Assembly: GCF_006345805.1 (NCBI RefSeq)
Contig: NW_021835563.1
Coordinates: forward strand, 1 to 39,289
DNA: 39,289 nt
Source: Octopus sinensis
Taxonomy: Eukaryota
Direction: 5' to 3'
In this document: positions 11,112 to 23,259 of the stretch, one piece after another
Layout: each line of letters opens with the position of its first letter
Numbering within the stretch: the stretch's first letter is position 1
The notes under the pieces: model-generated
Database searches by the model: none
The model's input: the letters and a program-made list of their open reading frames with translations, nothing else
What the model was told of the DNA's origin: nothing
Position numbers and translations under genes: made by a program

Positions 11112-12221
11112 CAGGTTACAGTAAATATAGTGTCGTCTTAATTACGCAAAAATGAAAAAAACACTGAGATCCCATTTTAACAGGTATATTTACCAAAATA
11201 ACAGAAAAAATATCTTGAAAGTAAATGTATTCAATAAATTCGCTCTTGGCTTCAACCACGTCTTCCGGTCAGCTACGGAATCACATGCAACTCTTTTGGA
11301 CGGTCACCTTGTTTAATTTCGTGAATACTGCCATAATCCTTGTATTCAGTTTATCTTTGATGTTACAAGGGGTTTTGCTGACCTCTCAGTCAACTGCGCA
11401 CCATGCATGATAATCAAGGGGGTTCCAGTTTGGGGAGTTAGATGGCGTGACTTTATGGGTGATGTGGTCGCAAAATTTGTCTGACAGCCATGGCTGGGTT
11501 CTGCTTGTTGTATGACATGGTACAGTGTCTCCCTGCTAGAGATAGGATCTTCCAGCAGCCATCCCATTGCTCCAGGGAAGCAGGACCATCTCCAGGCACT
11601 TGATGTTGACCTCCGTCTGAAACCTATTTCTTTACTACCAACAAGGAGCTAAACACAGAGAGGACAAACAAGGACATACAAACGGATTAAGTCGATTATA
11701 TCGACCTCAGTGCGTAACTGGTACTTATTTACTCGACCCCGAAAGAATGAAAGGCAAAGTCGACCTCGGCGGAATTTGAAATCAGAACGTAGCGGTAGAC
11801 GAAATACCGCTAAGCATTTCGCCCGACGTGCTAACGTTTCTGCCAGCTCGCCGCCTCAATTCTGAAACCGTGAATGAAAGCATAATTTCACCATCACAAG
11901 CGATCGTTCCAAACACCATGATGTTGACTGGACGTTTGATTTTTATCAATCTCAGTACATGTCCTCGGATTGCACATTCCTCTGACTGACACCCAAACAC
12001 TCTGAAATGTTCATATTAGATCTTTCGGCGTGAATGCCAAGCAGTACAGCATGTCGTTTCCAAAATAAATTCTGGCAGAGTGAATTACGACATGGCGCTG
12101 TTTTTCTCACAGACGGTACCCAACTGATCATACTATACTGAGTGGTCGACAAAATCAAAAACGAAGAACGCGCATGCGCGAAATTAAAAAAGTAATGGTG
12201 ACAATTTCGTGTTGAAACCTG
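11112..12221 (-). mobile_element. Internally deleted Tc1/mariner-superfamily DNA transposon
   Basis: TA|CAGGTT...AACCTG|TA termini. Transposase remnants: HTH-like KRHAVLLGIHAERSNMNISECLGV, RPVNIMVFGTIACDG, IKCLEMVLLPW, QGDTVPCH, SNSPNWNPLDY. Confidence 0.85.
11625..11860 (-). mobile_element. tRNA-derived SINE (second octopus family) inserted in the Tc1 transposase
   Basis: Minus head aggcggcgagctggcagaaacgttagc..ttcaaattccgccgagg; 9-bp TSD tctgaaacc at 11616-11624 and 11861-11869. The transposase frame resumes across it. Confidence 0.9.
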
Positions 12222-12371
12222 TATATATATGTACATTCGATAAGGCATTAGCATAATTGTGAAATAATATTTTCTACTGTATTCAGTCCCACTGCGTGTA
12301 CTCTGGCTTACAGCACAACAAACTCGTGTATATTTGTTCAAGGTAACTAAAAGAAACCCATCGTATACATA

Positions 12372-13221
12372 CAAAGTGGAATCGTAATGTTCCTGGATGA
12401 GTTATGTTTAATAAAACTAACTTATATTAACTTCATCTCATTCGGTAATGTCACCTTGTGCAGGTATACACCGCCAAGCTTTTCGAATACACCCGATCCA
12501 GCTTTCTTGACACTTTTGGAATCCGGCCTCTTGAGGACATCTTGATCTCAACAACGGTGTTAAATTTCCTATTGATCACGATCTTTGTACCGTATTTTCT
12601 TCTTGTGGAAGAGATGGAGGTCACCAGGTGCTGAATCTGGCAAAAAGGACATGCACGGAAGCGATAGCATGTTGCTTTTGGCAAGATACCCACGAGTGTG
12701 GTGACAGAGTACATTGTCGTCGTGAAAAATCCAATAATTCGCTCACCACAAATCCAGTCAGTTTTCCCGAATGTCATCCTTGAAAAGCTTTAAAATGTCG
12801 CAGTTGATTCCTCTTTTGAACATGGGGTTCGAATTCTCAATACACAACCCGATGATGTAGAAACAATATTGAAAATTATCTTGATTAAGCTGTCAATCTC
12901 TCGTACACCTGCGCACTCGAAACATTATGTACGACCCATTGTCTCATCGCTATAAACTTGCCGATGCATGCTCCATCTCTCTATAGCAGACTTCCCAATT
13001 TTTACATAAAATTTCATGTTTGGTGCTTTCTTCCATACCCGACCTGTTCATACACGTCATCACAAAAATACAAATTCCACATCGTATGAAGTATACACAT
13101 CGATGTTACTCAGCATAATACTCCATGAAGGTCACTGCTCGCTGTGACCGTGCATTCAATCATGTGCATCCAAGCGTTGGCGCGCTATAGAGTTTGCCCG
13201 TGAAATTTTGATACAACCGCG
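12372..13221 (-). mobile_element. Non-autonomous mariner-like element, copy A
   Basis: TA-flanked imperfect TIRs (caaagtggaatc.. / ..gatacaaccgcg). Decayed C-terminal catalytic region (HHDN..., LPDSAPGD). Homologous to ~27690-28412. Confidence 0.75.
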
Positions 13222-13399
13222 TAGATATATATATATATATATATACATACCTATATATACTACCAGTAATACTTGTCGTTGATCGGGTAATTCAAATGGA
13301 GTCAGAGAATGGCAGAATGCCACTTATATCTGAACACTATACAAATATTCCTTTAAAAAAACTTTTCTTCTAATTTTTCTAAATTTAATTATTTAATCG

Positions 13400-13443
13400 T
13401 TACAGTTGAAAAGGTCTCAAAATGACCGAAACCGGTACTGAAA
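13400..13443 (+). ncRNA. Minimal type I hammerhead ribozyme, U3:A8 core variant
   Basis: UUACAG-UUGAAAA(13406-13412)-GGUC ucaaaau GACC-GAAA(13428-13431)-CCGG-UA-CUGAAA. Palindromic ACCGGU, GUA triplet (A17 at 13437), stem I 5/6. Confidence 0.8.
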
Positions 13444-13494
13444 TGTTCTTTATAAAATTATTTTAGCATTTTCTATTTTGACTTGTTTTTTCAT

Positions 13495-13550
<56 letters not shown>

Positions 13551-13639
13551 GTGTGTGTGTGTGTGTGTGTATGTATATAGTAGTAGTTGTAGTAACAGAA
13601 TAGAGGAATTTCGATTATCCCCACGTGGTGAGTTGTCAT

Positions 13640-15420
13640 GTATATAAGAAATTAAAAAAGGAAAATACGCACACTTACATAGTTTTAATATAATTTTTAA
13701 TATATTGACCGGTTTCGATATCGCTATTCATGATATTATATTTTACTTATTTGAATATATATTTTTTCTTAGAAAGAAATTTTGTCCATGTTCTGTTTGA
13801 TGAAATTCACGAGTGAATGACTTCACAAGTGGATAAATAAAGGGCGGTTATTGGTTGTCGTTATTTTTGTTATTGTTGTGGGTAAGGGAGATAACGGTTC
13901 AGCTTTCGGTAATGGGTGCGGATTATATAGAAGTACAGACAGACAAGTTTCAAAAACCTTGTTTAGTAGGGGATTTATGTACAGTGTTGTAATCGTGAAT
14001 TGAAATATATAAAAAGATAACAGTTGTTTATGCGTGGATATTAAGGCTTTCTCTTGTATTTTTCAATGAAAAAAGTTTCTTTATTTTAACGATCTAGTTG
14101 AGAGATTGCGTCTTTGCACTGGTAAAAAGGGAAGAGTGTGAAATTTGGTTTGATGTTACCTGCACAAGTTTCTATATGTTCACTGAAAGGAATTTGTCTG
14201 TATTCGGGGAAACGGATTTGCCCTTTATTTAGAGTGTTTCTCTTTCTCAAGGTCATACTCCTTTGTCCTATATAGTGGTGTCCTCAACCCGAGCATGTTA
14301 TTACATGAATTAGGTTCTCAGATGCTCAAGTGAAACTAGTTTTAATTGTGAACCTCTGTCCTTTTTTGAAAAGGAAGTCCGAGCCTTCAAGCAGGTTGGG
14401 GCAGGTTCCACAGTTTGGGCGACCACATTTTTCAACCGTTGGTTTTTTTGGTTGCTTTGTAAAGCTTCGCGTTTGTTAGTAGTCTCTTTAGCAATTTGTC
14501 TTGTTTTTTGCATTTTATGTGTTTCTGTGTTTTCAGGTTGTCGTTCCTTTTTGAATCTCAATTTAGCAAAGGATGAGTTTGCACAATAGTGGTGAATGCC
14601 TCACTGTTTCTGTGGTTGTGTGTTGATATAAATAGGTGAGGTTGGATATTGTCTTTCAATAAGTCTTGTTTTGAGGTCTTGAAGACGAAGGTCCCGAGTT
14701 GTTCTATCAGGCACTATTGTGCAGAACCTTTTTGCCAAATTGAAAGGGATGTTTACTTTGATGTGTTTCGGGTGGCATGAGTTAAAGAGAAGATATTGTT
14801 TTGAATTAGTTGGTTTATAATAAATGTCAGTTATGATTTCATTGTTAACTTTCTTATCATGACGTCTAAAATGGGACTTGTTCTTTGTTATATTCCATTG
14901 TGAATTGAATGTTACTATTGATGCCATTGAGTGTTGATTTGAAATCCAAGAGTTTGTCGATGTACTCCTTCCAGATGATAAAGCAGTCATCTAGATATGT
15001 CTTCCAATTTTCTCTTATGTAGAGGTAAAAGGGTAACCATATTTCTGAAGTGATACTTCATATAATTCAGAAAATCCCATTATGAGGTTCGCAAGAACAG
15101 GAGCGGCTTTCGTTCCCATTGCAATTCCGCATTTCTGATGATAGTATGTGTCATCAAATAGTAAATAATTGTTCTGAAGTATAAATTTAAAGGATTCAAT
15201 TATAAAAATCTACTTTATGCATTCTGGGAGTACTTTTCCAACCAGAATTTAATTGCTTTTATTCCATAGTCATGGGGGATGTTGGTGTAAAGATTGATAA
15301 CATCGAGGGAAACCAATATTGCCTCTTCATTAATTACTTTTTCTCTAATACAACTTTTGATGTATTTCAGCAAGGCTTTCAGAAAATTGCTTTGTCGGTG
15401 GGTTTCACAGGCCGGCCAAC
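13640..15420 (-). mobile_element. Penelope-like element PLE-3 (same lineage as PLE-2), degenerate, 5'-truncated
   Basis: LVSLDVINLYTNIPHDYG, YYHQKCGIAMG, YLDDCF, ITDIYYKPTNSKQYLLFNSCHP, linker KCGRPNCGTCP, GIY-YIG HVITCSG*GHHYIGQ. Partial HHR GAAACCGGUC near 13697-13710. Confidence 0.93.
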
Positions 15421-15421
15421 C

Positions 15422-15461
<40 letters not shown>

Positions 15462-16689
15462 ATCCAAACAAGAAAGCACAAAAAACCACAACAACGTGAA
15501 GACGTGGAACAAAAAGAGTATATTATATATATATATATATCTGTTTGCTTATTTGTATGTATTTGTGTATACATAATTATATTTAATAACGAAATGATGG
15601 ATCTGGTATTAAATTTTATTCTGTACTACATTCCTTTCGACCCGTCTTGCTATTGTCCTTTATTTGTGGGTCTCTGTTCAACGGGTTGTGCTGCATCGAT
15701 CAGTCTGGATCCCATCAGTCACATCGATAAAGTTGTGTGTGACTAAAGATTTCGAGGGTCATCTGGCATGTTCTTATATTGCCATCTAGTTGGGGAACGA
15801 ATAAAATACAAATAAGACTGCAGACATGCAAAAGATTCAAATATGAACGAAGAAGTCTTGTGTTCCTCTTTAGATAAAGTGACCTAATGAGCTTTCGCTT
15901 TCATAACTGCTCAGAGGGAAAAGAAAGTAGTAGAAGAGAAATATGAAAGAAAAGAGGGAGAAGAGGAAAACGAATACTCAGTCAAAAATAAATGTAATTA
16001 TTGGAGATCTTATTTCTTGTCTCTCTGCAGTGGAGATCTTATTCCTTGTCAGCCGTGTATACCTCTGTTCCTCACTCTGAGATGCTCTGGCCTTTTCGTA
16101 GTGCACAGTCTGTTCGTTTCTTGGTATGCTTCCCTTTCTGCAGCTGTCTCTCTTTCCCTGGACAGAGACATTCTTTTGGCTTTACCTTGACATTGTAGAC
16201 AAATTTGACACCTTCCTTCTAGGCATGGTTATACAGAAATACACGGCGCAGAAGATAGTAAACAATGAAAATAACTGGGTAACGAAAATTATATTTCTTA
16301 ATACGACGAGCAGAACATTAACAAGATAGTTTTCCGGAGAATTAAGAATTGTACGTGTTGAAGCGTAATTTGTCACTAACTGAACCAAAGTGCCAGTATC
16401 GAAGGAACCAGAAAAAAGCTATTAACAACAGACAAACAAAAAACCGGCGCAAAAGTAAGTAAAATTCTTTTAGGGAAATTAACTATGTGCGCGGGTTTAA
16501 GTGAAGTGTTTGAAGTTACTCCTGTCAGTAAATTATGAACTTACAATTATCAGTAATTCCGTCAACAACAACAAAAAGAAAACACAAAACGTTGCAAAAT
16601 TAAATAAGAAATTTACCGAAGTGTACGGATTGAATTGGAATTTGTGACGTTACAGCCTCCGGGAAAATCAGCAGAGAAATAGAAAGATT

Positions 16690-17470
16690 CCAGCATCTCA
16701 CCTCAACCTTTTCTTTCCAATGTCTTTAATGATTGCATCAGTGATCCCTTTCTGTTCGTTGGTAAGGGTTGCAATGTGTGGGTGGTTCATGTCATCTTTC
16801 TGGTCAACCCGTTACATTCCAATTAGTACAAGCAAGCTAATATTAAACCAGCTGGTTCCATTTTGAATTAACACAGAATTTATGGAGTGTAGAGTCTGCA
16901 TTCAGCCCTCGCTGAGCATAATCTTCCATCATAGAATTCTTGTCAGTATTCGACAGGCGAAGAACATTGGAAGAACTTGAATAGGTGCAGAGGACAGCAA
17001 ACGTAATACGCAACTGAAATGGCATCCGAGTCGCAGTAGCTTCAGGCATGGCATGCTCCAAACTCTCATCATTTTGGAGGAGACCAACTCATATGTACGC
17101 ATCTTTAAATGTTGCATAGATTTCACCTCCTACAGTGCTCACTTCTTCAAAGCACTCAGCACCTGGAACATCCAAAATACCAATTTTAAATAAATTTTTT
17201 TTACGTCCTTAGGGTTTTCAGGGTGCAGTTATTTATTGCAAGGGAAAAAATTGTAGCGCCTTATATAAACCGTTCTTTTGAAACGTATTTCACGCTTTCG
17301 TAATTGTACATTTTCACACCTGGCACTTCCAATCTCTTGTTGTTCAATTAAGTGCATGTTTCCATATAACTCAGCATAAAGATTTACTTGTTGAACATGA
17401 CACCCGTTCTTTGAGAAGAGCTTTGGGAGTTCCGACTTGCTTCCACTCTGTGATGCATTAATAATATACA
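16690..17470 (-). pseudogene. Helitron RepHel fragment (Helitron A, downstream part)
   Basis: QQVNLYAELY..RRYN, DVPGAECFEEVSTVGGEIYATFKDA..GLLQNDESLEHAM.EA..QLRITFA, LTNEQKGITDAI (pre-helicase region). Confidence 0.8.
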
Positions 17471-17760
17471 ACTGACTGTACTGCAGGTGACCATTGACAG
17501 TTCGTAGTGTTGTGCTAAGTTTGGCCCTGAATACGTTCTATATCCTGGTATTGGATATATAATTTAACGAAGCTGTTTACACGACGCAATACGATTACCG
17601 TTACATGAGACTCGACGCTCTCTGCCAACGGATCATAGGGAAATGCTTACCAATCAATTGTTCACAATCAATTGCTTACGACTAGACAGTTCTCCATGTA
17701 AGGGAAATGTGTCAGACCACTTTTAGTCACTTGGAAGGTTGTCAGAATCTTTCCACAGCA
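17471..17760 (-). repeat. 3' LTR of Gypsy element (outer boundary uncertain)
   Basis: Shares ~220 bp with 21640-21860 (tttacacgacgc..atgtgtcag..ttggaagg..ttccaca.ca); follows the PPT. Confidence 0.7.
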
Positions 17761-20700
17761 TCTCCCCTTTATAGAATTAGTCTCCCCTAAATTCTCCACT
17801 TGAGAATTAAAGTCGCTCAGAATTTTAATATCTCTTATGCTGAGGGTTCAATTCTTGTTTTTCCATTCGTTTCGTCTTCTGGTGCTAGAACGTGCAATTA
17901 CAAATTGTTTCTGTGTTGGTACCTCAAACGTGTCGTGCAATATTTTCATGAGAAATTCACTTCTTTTGTCTGATTTCTCCTTGAATCAGGTTTTAAGTTG
18001 GTTAATAAGTCTTTTATGTTCGATATTTGTTTTCAACTTTTACTGGGAATATCATTCTTGCAATTTATTTAACAATTGTACCATCCTCCCAGCCTTGCCT
18101 ACTATATCTATAGGTCTTTAATAAAGTTTGTCACCCAACTTTAAAATTTTGAAATATTGTTTCTTTTTTTATATATTTTCACTCGGTATCGGCTGATCAA
18201 AGATGGATCTGATTTTTCTAACAAACATCAAATATCTTTGTAACCAGAGATGTCGGCTTTCTACATTTAAGCACTTCAGACCACGTTGAAAAACACTCCC
18301 CCACAATGAAGTGATATGAAACCTTAAGTGATTTTGGCCACGGGTGCCATGTCGTGACGGGTGTATTTGGAGCTAGAGAACAGCGTATTGCATACTATCA
18401 CTATGTCTTCAACGTTACAGTCCGTTGTTGGCCAGTATACCTAACTTCTCATTAACGATTTCATTATTGAAATCCCTTTGACTCAATATGAAATTCCTTT
18501 AGTAATTGCTTTTGTAGTGTGGCTGGCACAACGACTCTTTGTGCATACATCAGCACATTATCACACCTTGTGATAGGGTCGAATATTTTTCATCTCTTTA
18601 ACACTTCTGCATTTCTTTCATTTTTTTATGAATATATCGTTTCCCAATTGTAATTTTATGTCTTGTAACGTAAATAGCAGTTCACGCATGGAGTTATACA
18701 GTTTGCTTTTAATTTCATTTTTGGCTCGCAAATTAGCAATCACGGTATCTTCAAATGTTTCTGCATTTTCTAAAATCGGTCTTGATAAACAATTAGCGTG
18801 TCCTAATTATTTAGATGGTATATACTCTATCTTAAATTCATAGTTTAATAATACAGTACCCCAGCGTTGCAGCCTATTAGCAGTACGGCTAGATATTTAT
18901 TGCTTTGAATCATATACTGATAATAACGGACGATGATCTGTCTGTATTCAAAAACTTCTGCCGTGTAAAAATCTATGCAATTTTTTAAGCCAAAAATAAT
19001 TACAAGAGCCTCTTTTTTGATTTGGCTGTAATATTTTCTGCTGATATCATGAACCACCGCCTTCATGTTACCATCTTTTTATTTATGTAGCATTACTGCG
19101 CCGATACAGTATTCAGAGGCATGTGAAGTTACAACATTCTTCGCTACAGAATCGAAGCGTGCTAACAACAAATCAGATGTTAATATTTTAAAATTTCGTC
19201 GAAATCCCTTTGACAATTTTCAGAGCAATTTCAATTGACATTTTTTAAATACATAATCTACTGTAACACTTACCCTATGCATATTTAGAATATAATTTTG
19301 GTAATAATTTGCCTGTCTCCAAAGCAATCATGTAAGCTCGTTACATTTGTCGGAGGGGGCATGTATTTAATTGCGTCTGCCCTCAACGGATCTGGTACTC
19401 GTCCATTTCTTTCAATTGTTTGTCCAATTTTATTTTCGGTCACAAAAAAATTCACGCTTTCTTTTTCACTGTAATCCCTAATTTTTGCGAACATATATAT
19501 TACTTGCTCTACATGTTGATCCCGTGTTTCGCTTTTAATGAGTATATCATCCAGATATGGAAATGCAAATTCACTATCCGCTAACACTGCATCCATAAGC
19601 TGTTGAAAAATCACCGGTGTGACATTTCAGGCACATAGTAACATGTTGTGTATATATGTGCATTAATTTTTAGGTATTTATAGCATTCATCGTCTACTCT
19701 AAGATGTAGGTACGCATCAGAGAGAATCAATTAAGAAAATAACTTGCCACCGTTTAATTTTGCAAATATTTCCCCCAGGGTAGGTAGCGGATTGTGGAAC
19801 GTTTTAAGACACTCATTTAAACCAGTGGAAAAAATCAGCATACACTCTGATTTTGTTTATTTGTTTCTAACGCTGCAAAAGTTTATCTGTTCCAACGATG
19901 CAAAAGTTACAGTTCGTTTATATTTAAAAACGGGTTTGGCATTTACTTTTACTTGGAACTTCGTTTTCGTTGTGATGCTGAGATCTAATTTATCAGAGAG
20001 AACTTCAGGAAAAATCTTTTAAAATTATTTCTACAAATCGTCTGATGATTCATTTGTATTGGCAAGAAAACTATTCACATTTTTACTGAAACGATTTATG
20101 GGGAGTTCCCATAAGTTAAACAATTCTATTCAGTGTTCCGAATAAATTTGTGATATTATTCAACACAAAATCTTTGGTTTTCAAGGTTTTTCCACGAAAT
20201 GGAATTTGAGTTATCATTATGCCATTAAAATGTAATTATTTTCCTGAAACACCACCTACAATTTTCGAAATGTCTTTTAATCTAGGTCTTCTTTTTTTTC
20301 TATGTATCTGTGTTAATTATCGAGATATCACTGCGCTAAACTAGTTGCAACATTACGTACACAAATTCCCTTTGAGGCTGATCGTTTTTTGGTTACCGAT
20401 AACCTGTTTTCGTGTTTTCTTTCTGTTGAAATATTTTCCAGGTTTGTTCTACAGTGTGATATTTTGAGGATCTCTCTTGTCACATTTGATGCATTTTATA
20501 TTTTTAAACGGGCAATTACTTTTAAAATGTTGACCACCGCACCCACAACATGGATTCGATATTCACATTTGTTTCTCTTATTTCTTATCCGTTACGGTGG
20601 AGACACTGGAATATGCGATCAATCTTTTTCTTCAATTTCGTTTTGGGCGTCGCTTTCTTCATTTTTTTCTGCGTCGTCTTTCCTGACATTCTTTTGATTC

Positions 20701-21554
20701 TGCCTGTAAAGTTACTTTTTGTCCAGTTCTAATTTTGTTGACATCCGTGAACATATATCTCCATCTTTGCTTGCAGTTAGGCCTTAAACCAAAAATATGC
20801 ATTTGAATAACATCTTAATTCGTATAATTTGAATTTTTTACACTTTCCGTTAACGGCCTCGGCACAGGTGACGAAATCTTCATGTTTTTGGACAAAATGT
20901 AAAAACTGTCCTCAAGTATTTAGCAGAGAACTTCTTTCACTGAAACGTTTTGACAAAATTTCGTTTTTGGATTTTAAACGGGCAGTTACTTTTAAAATGT
21001 AGACCACAACATGGACATCTTCTTGACATTTTTTGTCGTATTTCTTATCCGTTACGGTGGAGACACTGGAATATGAGATCAATCTTTTTCTTCCTTCTTT
21101 TCTGCGTCGTCTTTCCTGGCATTCTTCTGCTTCTGTCTGTAATGTTAATTTTTATTCAGTTCGAAATCATTTGATAAAATGTTAATAGTTTTTATTGAAA
21201 CAAATCTCACCTGACTTCATGGGCAGAATATAATTACTATATTTTTCGTGTCTGGCAAAGGATACCTGTCTTACACAGTAGTCGTACTATTTTTCCCCTC
21301 AGATCAATTTTTAAATTCTTCTTGAAAATTTCTTCGTATCTTTGAAAATATGCAGAGAAGGTAATCCCATCTTCTGGATTATAACTGAACTCTTCAATAG
21401 AGATTGCTACGCTGTCTGGCAAGTTCGCACCTGAAGTATTTTTAGACTTCTTTAACATTAATTCCAGCAACTCTTGGTTTTGTTGTTGTTGCTGTTGTAG
21501 TTGCTCTTGTTGTTGTTACTATTGTTGCTGTTGCAACTGCACCACAGACGCCAA

Positions 21555-21860
21555 TAAGCCTTCTATCTTAAACGATTTTTCTTTGGTTTCATACCCATCC
21601 CAAACAAATTTAAATGTCCAACGCAAACTTCGAAGAACTCTTCGCCACTTTTATACCCTGGTTTGGAACGTATGATTTAAGGAATCAGGGGGAAAGAAAG
21701 TGTTTACACGACGCGAATCGATTACCCAACGCTCTCTGTCAATGGCTCACAGTGAACTATTTTCCAATTAATTGCTGAAGACTCGAAAGTTGTCTATTTA
21801 ATAGGAATGTGTCAGTTCCCTTTAAGTCAATTGGAAGGTGGTCGGAATCCTTCCACAACA
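21555..21860 (-). repeat. 5' LTR of Gypsy element
   Basis: Starts TGTTGTGG on the minus strand and is followed by the PBS-like TGGCG. Confidence 0.7.
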
Positions 21861-22620
21861 ATACAGAAACAATGTAGACCTCTTCCTTGCGGCAGAGAGA
21901 GTTTCACACCAAATGACGTAAACGAAGATATGCAGTTGTAGTTGCTGATGTTTTTTCGAAAGGAAGCAGACTCTTGGTAATTTTCTCAGACAAACGCTTC
22001 AATGTCTGAGGGTTTAGTTGCAGTGGAGGAAAATTCACTTTATTATTGTGACAGAACATGAAGTTTTCATATTTAAAGTTCAGTGCTCCACAATACTCGC
22101 AATATAAGTACATATCACCAATACGATAGGTTCGTTTAGGATTATTGTGTCTGTTCAGTGGTAGTCCATGTCTTCCTTCACGCTTTCGTTGCACCTGTTC
22201 ATCTCGCAAACGTAACGCCTGTTCAGCATTCATACTTGCAACTCCATCTTGATGTCTCTCTGTTTGACCTTGGAGACAAGCAGCCCTTTCCAAATCATCC
22301 ATATTCTCCCTTCTCTGTTACATTACGCTTTTCTGTTGGTCCTGATACTGCGCACACTGCATATCATTCATGTTTCCCATTCTCCGCAGAAATAACAATC
22401 TTTGTTGTTCCTTATACTGTGTTCGTTCTTCCTCATTCTGTCTTCTACCTTGGTCTTGCATTCTCTCTCACTACAATTCTGCCTTGCGTTGCTCTTCATC
22501 TATTGCAGATCGTCTCATCTGTTGGTACCATTTGTCCCTTTCTCTGGTTTATTACCGCTATTCTTCTCTTATTCGCTGCCTCTAGTGCCTAACCCTCTCG
22601 CGAGTAGCTTCTAACCTTCT
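21861..22620 (-). pseudogene. Helitron RepHel N-terminal fragment (Helitron A, upstream part)
   Basis: Charged E/R/Q repeats, then IGDMYLYCEYCGALNFKYENFMFCHNNKVNFPPL (Helitron zinc-finger region) and TSFGVKLSLPQGRGLHCFC. Confidence 0.85.
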
Positions 22621-22836
22621 TCATCTATCCTCTGTTCAGTCAAGTTTTGTAATTTGCTTATTTCATAAGAACAGCTTTGGAACAACGATCAAATAACCGT
22701 AAACTGCGAATTTCTATCTCGCCGTAGCAGAAGCACAACCAACGGCAGAATGTATGAGAAGCAGTAACAACATCAACCGGGATCTTGCAGAGATGGAATT
22801 TAATGTGTGTCCACCTTTATGTTAATTGAAATATAT

Positions 22837-23164
22837 TGTGAGGGTGCGTGGCTTAGTGGTTAGGGCATTCGGCTCATGATTGTAAGGTTGTGAGTTCGAT
22901 TCCCGGCGACGCGTTGTGTCCTTGAGAAAGACACTTTATTTCACGTTGCTCCAGTCCACTCAGCTGGCAAAAATGAGTTGTACTTGTATTTCAAAGGGTC
23001 AGCCTTGTCACTCTCTGTGTCACGCTGATTATCCCCGAGAACTACGTTAAGGGTACATGTGTCTGTGGAATGCTCAGCCATTTGCACGTTAATTTCACGA
23101 GCAAGCTGTTCCGATGATCGTATCAGCTGGGACACTCGTCGTCGTAACCGGCGGAGTCTTTTTT
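22837..23164 (+). mobile_element. Full-length tRNA-derived SINE (third family)
   Basis: A box tggcttagtgg, B box gagttcgattccc; 15-bp TSD ttaattgaaatatat at 22822-22836 and 23165-23179. Confidence 0.92.
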
Positions 23165-23213
23165 TTAATTGAAATATATATATTTTAATTATAATGTGAA
23201 TATTTCTTAATTG

Positions 23214-23259
<46 letters not shown>

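Larger units (their letters stand above)
17471..21860 (-). mobile_element. Degenerate Ty3/Gypsy LTR retrotransposon (K02A2.6-like gag-pol)
   Basis: LTR-like direct repeats starting TG at 21860 and 17760; PBS-like TGGCGTCTGTGG at 21542-21553; PPT aaaaggggaga next to 17760. Gag: polyQ, EEFSYNPEDGITFSAYFQRYEEIF, Cys knuckles. RT FQQLMDAVL..YLDD, RNase H YSQIKKEALVIIFG, integrase RVVVPATLQKQLLKEFH..MKSLMRS*VYWP. Confidence 0.9.

Noticed and set aside
12287-12342. Possible 56-nt exon (ttcag..aag|gtaact); LRR-like LRVLWL/QHNKL or lectin-like CTLAYSTTNSCIFV
   Set aside because: The LRR reading needs a frameshift, the length is not 72 nt, and the alternative reading is too short to support.
15635-15690. 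GACCC/GGGUC-GAAA stem on the minus strand
   Set aside because: Core is interrupted (uugaacaga) and stem III does not pair; at most a very decayed remnant.
21774-21796. ctgaagactcgaaagttgtc in the Gypsy LTR
   Set aside because: Only 3 nt between core and GAAA, so no stem II; not conserved in the other LTR.
22840-22910. tRNA-like sequence with A and B boxes
   Set aside because: It is the head of a TSD-flanked SINE, not a tRNA gene.
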